DNA of 64,000 nt, from positions 24,890-88,889 of the forward strand of contig CAZINP010000005.1 in the NCBI GenBank assembly GCA_964540635.1, given 5' to 3'. Under the pieces are notes generated by a model. The model was given only the letters and a program-made list of their open reading frames with translations, was not told the origin of the DNA and ran no database searches. Positions 50,120 to 59,977 of the stretch are shown here, in pieces. Source of the stretch: an uncultured Gammaproteobacteria bacterium. GTDB lineage: Bacteria; Patescibacteriota; Patescibacteriia; Buchananbacterales; UBA6539. How positions within the stretch are numbered: position 1 is the first letter of the stretch; each line of letters opens with the position of its first letter. Position numbers and translations under genes: made by a program.

Positions 50120-51559
50120 TTAATACCCTTGAGGCTCCCCATCTTTAATTAAATTAAAATTACTACCATCATCTCGGCGGCAATCAACGTTAATTGAATC
50201 CATTACAATAAAATCACAATGAACCTTGGCTTGATTAAAACTTGGATGATTTTTTGGTACCCCAAGCGATCCATTACTGCCAACAGCCACATGAATAGTG
50301 CCATAAATTTTTTCACCTTCACTTGAGCCAATGTCGTTATCTGCTTTATTACGACACGCCATTGTATTCGTGCCAATACCCAATTCGGCCAAACGATAAG
50401 CTTGATTTGATTCATTGTTCCCGCCGTTTAGATATCTTTTTATTGATTCAACAAGCGGGTTACCGGAATCTTGATTGATGGGTGAATTATTTATTTCCAC
50501 AACTTCGCCCTCTTTAATTTTTAAAACAACAGGACCATATTGCTTAACTTGATCTAACATATGTTCACCTCCAATTGGTCCGTTTACAACCAACACCCCA
50601 TTGCTACCGGCCCAATCGGGCGAACAGGCCCATTCGCCAATCGGATAATTTCCCATTGCGCCTGGCTGCGAAAAATCCTCGCCTGAACCGCTCTTGGTTT
50701 CATCTATCAATTCCAACCAAAGATCTGTCCCTTCCGGCGAAGTAAGATGAACGCTTCTAACGTCTTTCATTAATTTATCAATCTTTTCATTTCTTTCCAA
50801 TATAGCCTCCACCGACTCCTCCACGGCCCCCTTTGTCAGAATCTCATGCGGATTTTTACCTTTAGTGATAGATATTAATCGGCAACTATTTTTTTTGACA
50901 TAATTTTTTAGCTTTTCCCACTGTTCATCAGTTAACTCGTCCCCTAAATTTTCTAAATTACCTTTCGCCTTCGCTCCGGCCAAGGTCTGGTTTATTTTTT
51001 CGCGCTCAGGCAATCCGCCGCGAATAGCTGCCCCGGTCTCACGCGAATGAGAACGCGACATCGAGGTTAAAATCAGAATGGGTGAATTATTTTGATTTTC
51101 CATTTCCGATAATAAATAATCGCCCATATCTTCAGCCGAACGCTGAGTTTCGGGCAAAACTCTTATTCTAAAATTTCCCTTTGTTTTTTGAGACAAATCC
51201 GTTCTGAAGATTAACTCATTTTGGATAGCACTAATGAGTTCAGGCTGAGACTCAATCACCCCGATATCGGTTACAACCATCATACTTTCTTTTTTTGGAT
51301 TGAACCCAAAGGAATTAATAATGTTTCTAGCAACCACCGTCATTCTTCTTTTTATCTCCCGCTGTTCCCCAGTCATTTCTTTTGGCTCATCAACCAAAAC
51401 CTCGTGAGTAAAATCCGAACGACCATCTTGACGATTTTTCAACCCTAAAAGCTTCTGATGCAATTGTCGAGTTTGCGCGCTTGTTTCTTGATCTGGATTA
51501 TATCCAGCTTGCTGCAACTCCTCTGGGGAATTTTGATAAAAGAAATCTTTTAATCTCAT
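50120..51559 (-). CDS. M29-type (AmpS/AmpT-like) aminopeptidase with N-terminal extension
   Basis: GNYPIGE, AELGIGTN, EKIYGTIHVAVG and HCDF motifs; start taken at MRLKDFF. Confidence 0.75.
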   Translation of the reverse strand: MRLKDFFYQNSPEELQQAGYNPDQETSAQTRQLHQKLLGLKNRQDGRSDFTHEVLVDEPKEMTGEQREIKRRMTVVARNIINSFGFNPKKESMMVVTDIGVIESQPELISAIQNELIFRTDLSQKTKGNFRIRVLPETQRSAEDMGDYLLSEMENQNNSPILILTSMSRSHSRETGAAIRGGLPEREKINQTLAGAKAKGNLENLGDELTDEQWEKLKNYVKKNSCRLISITKGKNPHEILTKGAVEESVEAILERNEKIDKLMKDVRSVHLTSPEGTDLWLELIDETKSGSGEDFSQPGAMGNYPIGEWACSPDWAGSNGVLVVNGPIGGEHMLDQVKQYGPVVLKIKEGEVVEINNSPINQDSGNPLVESIKRYLNGGNNESNQAYRLAELGIGTNTMACRNKADNDIGSSEGEKIYGTIHVAVGSNGSLGVPKNHPSFNQAKVHCDFIVMDSINVDCRRDDGSNFNLIKDGEPQGY

Positions 51560-51566
51560 AAATTTA

Positions 51567-52388
51567 TTACTTCGTATTGCATAATGCCACGGCGTGAACA
51601 ATATGCCAAAAATAATCTTTTTCATTTCTCGTTCCGTCTTCGTAGACCACACCCATATCCAAATAGTTTGCCGAAAGAAACATCCAACCACCCAAATAAA
51701 TTAACGATTTAGCCCAAGAGTTGCCGACAATGCCGGTAGAGGGAACAATTAAATTGCAACCTTCCCAAACAGCTGTTTCGTATTCCATATAATACTCTTT
51801 CGTTTCATAGCCCTTTTTTAGCAAATACTCATTAAACTGTCTGCATTGTTCCGAAATCTCATCTAACATAGGAAATTTTCCGTGTTTACTGGAAGGCCTT
51901 AAAATCCCCATTACGGCAATTTTAGGTGTAATATTAAAATCTTCTTTCATGTGTTTAATAATCCTTTCAACCTCAAATATCTTATCTTCCAGCGTTAAGC
52001 CTTGATAAACTGAACATGTGGTAACAAAAAAATTAAAATCATCCTTGTTTAGAATAGCTGAAAAAACCTTACGATTGCTCGGTATCGGCTCCATTTCAAA
52101 TTGTTTGAAAAACACATCAAGCGTTGTAGAGTCCTTAGCCTGACCGCGCACAATACCGTCTATCTTTTTTTCTCTCAGAAGACTGATTAAAATTTCACTG
52201 GCCTTATCCTGATCAGGTTCAATAATATTTTCAAACCCGTCCACCTTTTGACCAATAGCTACCAGGTCGGCATATTCAGAGGCTTTTTTTAAACTTTCTA
52301 TGGTTTCCGGAATTGGTCTCATAATTACAATTCCAATTTTTCTTTTTTGTTTTTTAGCTTGTTCTAAAAATAATTCTTTAAAATTCAT
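51567..52388 (-). CDS. Mmp4/MtxX-like protein (phosphotransacylase-like fold)
   Basis: KIGI, IDGIVRG, G.TLEDK, PKIAV, CNLIVP.TGIVGN...SL..LGG and D.TR are collinear with methanogenesis marker 4 as I recall that family. Confidence 0.65.
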   Translation of the reverse strand: MNFKELFLEQAKKQKRKIGIVIMRPIPETIESLKKASEYADLVAIGQKVDGFENIIEPDQDKASEILISLLREKKIDGIVRGQAKDSTTLDVFFKQFEMEPIPSNRKVFSAILNKDDFNFFVTTCSVYQGLTLEDKIFEVERIIKHMKEDFNITPKIAVMGILRPSSKHGKFPMLDEISEQCRQFNEYLLKKGYETKEYYMEYETAVWEGCNLIVPSTGIVGNSWAKSLIYLGGWMFLSANYLDMGVVYEDGTRNEKDYFWHIVHAVALCNTK

Positions 52389-52399
52389 ATTTGAATTTA

Positions 52400-53833
52400 T
52401 TATTTAATAATCTTTACTGTTCCGTTATTGGCATTTACTTCAACCAAATCACCGTCTGATAAGACTTTAGTGGCAATTTTGGTGCCAATTACGCAAGGGA
52501 TGCCAAGCTCTCGCGCCACGATTGCGGCATGGCAAGTTATCCCTCCGTCATCAGTAATAATCGCAACGGCTTTTTTCATGGCAATAAGGTGCTCCGGTCT
52601 GGTCATGGGAGAAACGAGTATGTCACCAGACTTAACCTTTTTAACATCATCAATACTTCTAACAATCTTAACTGTTCCCTTGGTCATCCCGATATTAGCC
52701 ACAAAACCCTTTAGCAATTTGATGTCCTTAGTCTTAACCCTACTTATCGCCTCAAAGAATGATTCAGCCTTTTTACCAACAAAGATTTCTTGGATTTTAC
52801 CTTTTTTATATACAAATATGCAACCTTTCATTCGCTCTTTCAAACGCAAAAGTGGAAACTTACCCGCTAAAATCTTGGGCAATTCATCTGACTTGCAATA
52901 ATCCAACAAATCTCGACTAATGCCTCTTCTTCTTGAAATTTCACTTAAAATCTTATCTAGCAAAGTAACAAATGTTAAAGTATATTCTTTGCGCAAATCC
53001 TGCCATTTTGTAAAAGTCTCTGCTAATTCCGAAAAAGAAATAATTTCAGGTGTAAATTTGTATTTTTTTATTAAAGCATTTTTTTGCGCTTTAATTTTTT
53101 TAAAATCAATTTTTTTAAAACCATCATTTAACATTTTTATTTCTTCCAAGGCCATTTTTTTGGTATAAGGAATGTAACCAACGTAACTGCTTTTTAGCCA
53201 GGCGTAATTTAAAAGATGGCGACTCAAAGCTTTATTGAATTTTTCTTTATCTTTGATTAATGAAATTTTTTTCAATTCAATCCTCTCTCTGGCAATAAAA
53301 GATAATTCGGTAGGCGCTGATAAAAGAGAATATATTTTTTGATATTCTTTAATGCCCTTTTTATTGCAAAAATTTTTTAATATATAATCTAAACGACTAT
53401 CAGCGTAAAACATAAACCCATCAAGAAATCCCGGCATTGAAATCTCATAACGATAAAAATTATAAATTCCTTGAGTCCATTCCAACAACTCATCATTTGA
53501 TAAGTCACTGAGATTAACGGAAAAAGATTTTTGAAAATTTTCCATCAATTTTGGGTATTTCTCAACCCAAGTTCCATACAGCTTCAATATTTCATTTTTA
53601 TTTTTCATGTATCGAGTAACAATAAAAGAACCAATTTCTTTGTGCTGCCTTGAAGTTGTCAGCCAGTCACCTTGTCCGTTTTTATAATAAGAGATACAAA
53701 ATGAATAAGCCAAAAAACTTGAATCATAAAGCTTGCTCGTGAAACCGGCCCCGGTCATCTCAGTTAAAGCGGGAACACCGTTGAAATGTTCAATATAAAA
53801 TTTTATTTTTTTTAATCTGTTTAAATTAACCAT
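52400..53833 (-). CDS. PEP-utilising enzyme mobile (phospho-His) domain protein, paralog B
   Basis: GDILVSPMTRPE...[21 protein letters not shown]; start taken at MVNLN. Confidence 0.85.
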   Translation of the reverse strand: MVNLNRLKKIKFYIEHFNGVPALTEMTGAGFTSKLYDSSFLAYSFCISYYKNGQGDWLTTSRQHKEIGSFIVTRYMKNKNEILKLYGTWVEKYPKLMENFQKSFSVNLSDLSNDELLEWTQGIYNFYRYEISMPGFLDGFMFYADSRLDYILKNFCNKKGIKEYQKIYSLLSAPTELSFIARERIELKKISLIKDKEKFNKALSRHLLNYAWLKSSYVGYIPYTKKMALEEIKMLNDGFKKIDFKKIKAQKNALIKKYKFTPEIISFSELAETFTKWQDLRKEYTLTFVTLLDKILSEISRRRGISRDLLDYCKSDELPKILAGKFPLLRLKERMKGCIFVYKKGKIQEIFVGKKAESFFEAISRVKTKDIKLLKGFVANIGMTKGTVKIVRSIDDVKKVKSGDILVSPMTRPEHLIAMKKAVAIITDDGGITCHAAIVARELGIPCVIGTKIATKVLSDGDLVEVNANNGTVKIIK

Positions 53834-53837
53834 ATTA

Positions 53838-55292
53838 TTAATTAAGTTTGACAACAAATCCGCGGTCACAATCGACTTTTACCCGATCGCCACTTTTGAG
53901 TAGCTGTGTCGCAACCTTTGCACCAACAATGCAAGGAATATTTAATTCACGCGAAACAATAGCTGCGTGGCAAGTCATTCCGCCTTCATCGGTAATTAAG
54001 GCCTTAGCCTTTTTAATTCCAACGATAAACTCGGGCGAAGTCATTGAAGTGACCAAAATATTGCCTTTTCTCATCTTACCCACCTCTCTGGCGGTCTTAA
54101 CAACACTAACCCGACCGATTAAATTCTTACCGCCGCTCACCACCACCCCTGTAATTTTTTCTTGTTTCTTGTTAACAGTGATATTTTGATATTTTTTAAA
54201 GATAGCTTTGGCCTTATTCCCCGAGATATAAACTGATTTATTCAAATTCTCGGAATATAAACTCATGAAAAAATTTGACCGTTTTAAAATCTCTGAGTCC
54301 GAAATTTTTTTACCACCTTTAAGCAACAAGTCTAAATCGTTTATTGTATAAAAAGGCAAATCTCTAGGACTGACGCTAAATCTTTCTGCGCTTTCATATA
54401 AAAACAAATCAATATAATGATTTGCCAAAAATATATAATATTTTCGTAGATCTTGCCACCAGACACAAAAAGCAAGGCGGTTAGAAATTTTCACAATCTC
54501 TTTGGAAATTTTGTATTTATTGATTAAAAAATTTTTTTCTTTTTTCACTTTATTCCCATAGTTCTCTAATTCAATAATTTTTGATTTAACGCTTTTGGAA
54601 GGAATGTCTTTAAGCTCGGCTAAAAAATATTTTTCATCCAAAATTTGAGTGTGATGATAGCTATTTAATATCCAAAAATATTTATCCAAATATTTTTTTA
54701 TTTTAGAAGCAAATTCTTTCTTGCCCAGGTAAGGATAAATTTTTAGCAAATCAAGGTTGGCCTTTTGGTAAAAAGAAAGTTTATCGGGCGCGGAAAGCCT
54801 TTCATACAAAAATGTAAAATTTTTTGACGTGGCAACTTCCTCTAATTTTTCTCGCAAGATTACTTCCCCGCCCCAATTTGAAATCTCCGGCAAAAACCCG
54901 ACTCGCCAAAACTCCAAATAATATTTTTCCCATTTTTTATAGACAAGATAAAAATCTCTTTGACTTAAAGACTTTAAACTCCTGGGAGTAATTTTTTTTT
55001 GGAAAGCTAGATATTGCTTAAGCTGATTTTGCCATTGACGATAATATCTCTTAAATTTTTTATCGTTTAAAACGAATCGATTAAAATTTTTTTTGCCGCT
55101 TTCAATCAGCGCCTCTTGGTCAAGAGTATAAATTGATTTCTCGCGAAAATAAAAACCGAGGCAATCCGGCCAAGAAACAAATTCTGGCGAATATAAAGCA
55201 AACGCCTCGGTAAAAAAATTAAGATATAAAATTTTTGCGTCTATTGGGCCCCACCTAAACAAGTCGTTTTTGGGGTTTATATTTATTTTCAT
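53838..55292 (-). CDS. PEP-utilising enzyme mobile (phospho-His) domain protein, paralog A
   Basis: GNILVTSMTSPE...TDEGGMTCHAAIVSRELNIPC. Confidence 0.85.
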   Translation of the reverse strand: MKININPKNDLFRWGPIDAKILYLNFFTEAFALYSPEFVSWPDCLGFYFREKSIYTLDQEALIESGKKNFNRFVLNDKKFKRYYRQWQNQLKQYLAFQKKITPRSLKSLSQRDFYLVYKKWEKYYLEFWRVGFLPEISNWGGEVILREKLEEVATSKNFTFLYERLSAPDKLSFYQKANLDLLKIYPYLGKKEFASKIKKYLDKYFWILNSYHHTQILDEKYFLAELKDIPSKSVKSKIIELENYGNKVKKEKNFLINKYKISKEIVKISNRLAFCVWWQDLRKYYIFLANHYIDLFLYESAERFSVSPRDLPFYTINDLDLLLKGGKKISDSEILKRSNFFMSLYSENLNKSVYISGNKAKAIFKKYQNITVNKKQEKITGVVVSGGKNLIGRVSVVKTAREVGKMRKGNILVTSMTSPEFIVGIKKAKALITDEGGMTCHAAIVSRELNIPCIVGAKVATQLLKSGDRVKVDCDRGFVVKLN

Positions 55293-55320
55293 AATAAAAA
55301 TAAACTGCGCCCGATTACTT

Positions 55321-56643
55321 TTATTTTTTCTTCAATATCTCAAGCGCCTTATCTAGTTGCGGATCCTTGCTTGCATCCACATCTTCGCTGGTTAATTTCA
55401 CTTCAACATCGGGCTTTATGCCTTCATTATTTATGTTCTTTCCGCTGGGGGTAAGCCATTCGGCAATGGTTAATTTAACCGAACTGCCGTCGGGAAAGGT
55501 GCGCAAATCTTGAACCGACCCTTTGCCAAAGGATGTTTCACCGACAATTGTTGCCACACCGTAATCTTGCAAAGCCCCGGCCACAATTTCTGAGCCGGAA
55601 GCGCTGCCGCCGTTAATCAAAACAACGGTTGGAATGCCGGCCAAACGAGCCTGCCTTTCGGAATTATGGCCAATAACCTGCCCACTTCTTAACCTCTCGG
55701 AAACAACTGTTTTACCATTAACCCAATCACCGGCAATCTCAATCGCGGTCGTTAGAAAACCGCCCGGATTATTTCTTAGGTCTAAAATGATGCCATCGGG
55801 CTTTTTCTCAATTACGCTCAAAATTGTCTTATTCCAATCACCTAAAGTATTCTCATTAAAATAAAGAAGTTCGACATAAGCAATATTGCCATCCAGCATT
55901 AACCCGTCTTTATCTGGACCTTCATTGTTTACATTTTTAAGCGACTCAACCTTTGTTTCCCCGGAAAACTTAACACTATCAATTTCAATTTTTGATCTGA
56001 CAATTTCAATATCTTTTGTTTTTTCATCATTTGCCGGCAAGATCGTCAATTTAACTTTTGTACCCTTCGTCCCACGAATTATACTGACGGCGTAATCCAA
56101 GGCCATATTGGAAGAATCCTGGCCGTCAATGGCAAGTATTTTATCCCCCGCCCTTAGTCCGGCTTTTTCGGCCGGTGTATTTGGCAAAGGTGAAATTATG
56201 GTAATAACATTATCTTTCATACCAATTTCAGCACCAATCCCTTCAAAACTGCCGGACAAATCATCATCAAATTTCTTGGAAATTTCCGGATTAAAAAATA
56301 CAGAATATGGATCGCCCAAAGAACTAACCATTCCTTCCAGCGCACCATAAAACAATTTAGTGTCAGAAACGTCTGATTTGACATAATTCTCTTTGACATA
56401 TTTCCAAACCTGCCAAAACTCCTGAAAATCAACATCTTCCGATAAATAATCCGGATTTTTTGTTTGCTGATTTAAAACCGCTCCGCCGGTTTGGTTTTTT
56501 TGCAACTGATGTTGAGATTGCAAATTACCAAGTACCAAACCAAAAATAAAAACCAAAACAATCAAGGCGGAAAGCAAATATCCGCTGATAATTTTTTTAG
56601 ACGGTTGCGTTTTAATTTCTTTTATTTTATGGAAAATTTTCAT
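55321..56643 (-). CDS. ctpA: C-terminal processing protease (S41A) with PDZ domain
   Basis: LGDPYS, FEGIGAEI, LDLRNNPGG, SASGSEI and SFGKGSVQ motifs. Confidence 0.92.
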   Translation of the reverse strand: MKIFHKIKEIKTQPSKKIISGYLLSALIVLVFIFGLVLGNLQSQHQLQKNQTGGAVLNQQTKNPDYLSEDVDFQEFWQVWKYVKENYVKSDVSDTKLFYGALEGMVSSLGDPYSVFFNPEISKKFDDDLSGSFEGIGAEIGMKDNVITIISPLPNTPAEKAGLRAGDKILAIDGQDSSNMALDYAVSIIRGTKGTKVKLTILPANDEKTKDIEIVRSKIEIDSVKFSGETKVESLKNVNNEGPDKDGLMLDGNIAYVELLYFNENTLGDWNKTILSVIEKKPDGIILDLRNNPGGFLTTAIEIAGDWVNGKTVVSERLRSGQVIGHNSERQARLAGIPTVVLINGGSASGSEIVAGALQDYGVATIVGETSFGKGSVQDLRTFPDGSSVKLTIAEWLTPSGKNINNEGIKPDVEVKLTSEDVDASKDPQLDKALEILKKK

Positions 56644-56647
56644 AAAA

Positions 56648-57952
56648 TTAATCTATTTTTTCAATCCCCGCGCCAACCTTAGAAAGACGACGACAAAGAT
56701 CTTCGTAACCTCGTTCAATTGAATAAACACTATGCAAAGTTGATTTTCCCTTTGCCGCCAACATTCCCACTAAAATTGTGGTTGAAGGTCGAAGCGCCGG
56801 CGGGCAAATTACATCGGCTGCCTTGAGTTTTGTCGGACCGGAAATATAAACACGATGAGGATCAGCCAGATCAATCTTAGCACCCAATCGATTTAACTCC
56901 GTATAATAAATAGCACGATTTTCGTAAACCCAATCAAAAATCATAGTTCGCCCTTTTGCCTGAGTGGCAATGGGAACAAAAAACGGCAAATTATCAATAT
57001 TTAAACCCGGGTATGGTCTGGCATAAATCTTTTCCTCCAAGGCAACCAATTTACTGGGAAAAGTTTTAATATCAACCAGCTTAGTCTTACCATTTCTGGC
57101 CAAATAGCGTTTCAAAATTTTATAGCGCCAACCCATCTTTTCCAATTTAAGCAACTCCAGATCCAAAAAATCAATTGGGCAGCGCTTAATCTCCAAAGAT
57201 GAATTGGTGGTAGCGGCGATACTGATAAAAAGCATCGACTCAATGGGATCCTCGGAAATGTAATAGACAATATCTTTCTTTAAAGATTTCTTTCCGTGTA
57301 TCTCCAAGGTGGTAGAGCCAATGCCGTCTATTTTAACGCCCAGTTCTTGCAGAAAAAAACACAACTCCTGGACTTGATAATTAGCCGAAGCCATCTTTAT
57401 AATGGTTCTGCCGGAGGCTTGAGCAGCCGCCATTAGAGCATTTTCGGTCGTGGTATCACCCGACTCATACATTACAAATTCTTTGCCGGCGCGAAATCCG
57501 GAAGCGTCAACTTGATAATATTTTGATAATGTTTTAATTTTGATGCCAAAATTCTCTAAGGCAAAAAGGTGTGGCGCCACCGTTCTTTTTCCCAAGCGAC
57601 ATCCACCGGGTTGCGGCACCAAAAATTTCTTCTGCCAAGAAATCATTGTGGCCAAAAGAAATAAAACACTTCTTGTTCTTATGGCTGATTCATAATTTAA
57701 TTTTTGTAAATTTATTTTTTTGGGTGGCTTAATTAGGATATCGACTTTATTAACCCATTTGACATCTACCCCCAAACTCTGTAAAACTTCAATAATACGA
57801 TAAACCTCTTCAATTCTGGCTACATTTTTTAACAAAGTTTTTCCTCTATTTAACAAAGCGGCATTTAATAAAACAACAGCCGCGTTCTTTGAAGTATTGG
57901 TTGTAAGGGTACCGGCAAGTTTCTTTTGGCCGGTAATCACGTATTTACTCAT
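56648..57952 (-). CDS. murA: UDP-GlcNAc 1-carboxyvinyltransferase
   Basis: SKNAA, PGGCRLG.R (catalytic Cys present), TENALMAA, YENR and IERGYE motifs. Confidence 0.92.
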   Translation of the reverse strand: MSKYVITGQKKLAGTLTTNTSKNAAVVLLNAALLNRGKTLLKNVARIEEVYRIIEVLQSLGVDVKWVNKVDILIKPPKKINLQKLNYESAIRTRSVLFLLATMISWQKKFLVPQPGGCRLGKRTVAPHLFALENFGIKIKTLSKYYQVDASGFRAGKEFVMYESGDTTTENALMAAAQASGRTIIKMASANYQVQELCFFLQELGVKIDGIGSTTLEIHGKKSLKKDIVYYISEDPIESMLFISIAATTNSSLEIKRCPIDFLDLELLKLEKMGWRYKILKRYLARNGKTKLVDIKTFPSKLVALEEKIYARPYPGLNIDNLPFFVPIATQAKGRTMIFDWVYENRAIYYTELNRLGAKIDLADPHRVYISGPTKLKAADVICPPALRPSTTILVGMLAAKGKSTLHSVYSIERGYEDLCRRLSKVGAGIEKID

Positions 57953-58051
57953 AATGGAAATTTTATTATATATTTGGTAAAATTAATACAATTGAAATCA
58001 ATTGCATTATTCCTAATTCTACAATAAAATGCCTCTTAAGGCAAGTTTAAT

Positions 58052-59434
58052 ATGAAACTAAAATACCGCCGAATTTTATACTTATCTTTTATTACCGCTT
58101 TTATAATTATCACTCCCTTGGTTATACTTTACACGGCCGGATATGGGTACAATTTCAAGAAAGGACGGATTGAAAAAACGGGAATTTTATACGTGGACTC
58201 AAAACCAAAAGAAGCTGATATTTACATTAACGGTCAATTTTCCGGAAAGACCGACAAAAGGTTCCCGGCCATGCTGCCGGATAAATATCAGCTTGAAGTT
58301 AAAAAAAACGGTTATCATTCCTGGCAAAAAGAAATTGAAATAAAAAGTAACTTAACTGAATTTGCCGAAGATATAGTTTTATTTAAAGATGCCCTGCCTA
58401 TTAATTTGGTTGAGGGGCAAATCAAACTTTTTGTCGCCTCGCCCGATCAACGAAAGATTATTTATTCTTCGATTTCCAGTACAACCGAAGATCTTATAAT
58501 TATGGATCTTAAAAATAAATCAACTGAAAAATTAAAATCTTATAACCTTAAGAATAAACCCGAAATAGAATTTTTAAACTGCTCAACTGAAAAAAATCTA
58601 ATGGCTTTTAAAGTTATTTCTAATGATCCTGAATCTTATTTAATAGTCAACACCCAAACCAATATTACCAGCACTCTTTCAAACCCACCCAAGGATACAT
58701 TCTTGAATTTGGATTGGGGCCTGGACAAAGATGTTTTTCTTTATGGCCTAGGGCAAAAAGGATTGTACCGAATCGACCAATCCTCTCAAAAAACTGAATT
58801 GATCTTATCCGGCAATATTTTGAGTTTTACTTTTGATAAAAACACGCTCTTTTATATAACTCAAGAAAATGGCAATAATTATTTAAACAAAAAAGTTTTT
58901 GGAGTTAATGAATCCGAAAAATTAAATGATATAAAGAAAATAAAATTACCAATAAATTCAAATTTTTCTTTACGCAAATCTCCAAGTGGTTACATTACCC
59001 TCTTGGACAGACTCAGCCATGATCTTTTTATCATAAGTGATAAATCTTTTGAAAGCGAAGATATCGAAAATAATATAATATTACAAGACAAGGCCAATGA
59101 TTTAACTTGGTCTAAAGGTGGCGGACAAGTATTGTTCTATAATGATTTTGAGATTTGGACATATGATTTTTTATCTCAGCAAAAAAATTTATTAACCCGA
59201 TATGGTCAAATAATAAAAAAAGCAAGGTGGTATCCGGACAATAAATACGTTATATATCTTGTAAACAACAAGATTGGTACAATTGAAGCGAATTCTTCCA
59301 AAATTAAAAATGATACAATATTAGCCGAGATCTCGGAAATAAATGACTACGTTCTTGAAGACCGCGGTCAAGATTTATTTATACTTGGTCGAGCTGGAAA
59401 TAAAATTGGCACATACCAATTACAATTACAATAA
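58052..59434 (+). CDS. PEGA-domain membrane-anchored protein with C-terminal beta-propeller
   Basis: N-terminal TM, TGILYVDSKP..ADIYING...Y.LEVKK.GY.SW PEGA pattern, TolB-like blades. Confidence 0.75.
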   Translation: MKLKYRRILYLSFITAFIIITPLVILYTAGYGYNFKKGRIEKTGILYVDSKPKEADIYINGQFSGKTDKRFPAMLPDKYQLEVKKNGYHSWQKEIEIKSNLTEFAEDIVLFKDALPINLVEGQIKLFVASPDQRKIIYSSISSTTEDLIIMDLKNKSTEKLKSYNLKNKPEIEFLNCSTEKNLMAFKVISNDPESYLIVNTQTNITSTLSNPPKDTFLNLDWGLDKDVFLYGLGQKGLYRIDQSSQKTELILSGNILSFTFDKNTLFYITQENGNNYLNKKVFGVNESEKLNDIKKIKLPINSNFSLRKSPSGYITLLDRLSHDLFIISDKSFESEDIENNIILQDKANDLTWSKGGGQVLFYNDFEIWTYDFLSQQKNLLTRYGQIIKKARWYPDNKYVIYLVNNKIGTIEANSSKIKNDTILAEISEINDYVLEDRGQDLFILGRAGNKIGTYQLQLQ

Positions 59435-59448
59435 AAAAAGCCACCTTC

Positions 59449-59886
59449 TCAGAGGCAGCAAATGATTTGAGCAAGATCATAGTCACAATTGAACGAAGAG
59501 GTATATGTTGGAACCAAACAAGTTCCACAACCGGCCTTTCCTGCCAACTCAAGATCAATCTCATGATTATTTCCGATAACGAAAGTCTGATTCGGGCAAA
59601 GACCCAAACTCTTACAAGGATCAACAAAATCCTTTTTTATTTTTGGAAAAAACTTGAAAAAACCATCGAAAACCCCACTGCTTAAATCAGCTCTGGCCAG
59701 CGTTTGATCCAAATCAAGTCGCAAAAGCTCTAAATCGGCGTCTGATGCCGAATAAAGAGCAATTTTTTTTGATCGGCAATATCTGACCAGAACAACAAAA
59801 CCCGACCTAACCGGCATGGCGTTTTCCGGATCATCTTCGCACAAAATTGTGCCATAAATATCAAGGAACACGGCTCTGATTACCAT
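59449..59886 (-). CDS. Minimal HAD-superfamily hydrolase
   Basis: VFLDIYGT motif I and IGNN...D...A..AG motif IV; start at 59886 follows a GGAGG RBS. Confidence 0.7.
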   Translation of the reverse strand: MVIRAVFLDIYGTILCEDDPENAMPVRSGFVVLVRYCRSKKIALYSASDADLELLRLDLDQTLARADLSSGVFDGFFKFFPKIKKDFVDPCKSLGLCPNQTFVIGNNHEIDLELAGKAGCGTCLVPTYTSSFNCDYDLAQIICCL

Positions 59887-59977
59887 TGTAAATTCCTCCA
59901 TTTTTTTCAGCATAACACTAAATATTTTTTTGTCAAATAAAAAAGCGCCAAAAAAGGCACTTTCTTATTTTATAAAA

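Noticed and set aside
47717-50142. Frameshifted ppsA pseudogene
   Set aside because: The downstream ORF has a long non-PpsA helical region with a terminal His domain and no barrel, two intact paralogs lie nearby, and the junction is a clean ATGA overlap.
56648-57952. Fosfomycin-resistant MurA variant
   Set aside because: The catalytic Cys (PGGC) is retained.
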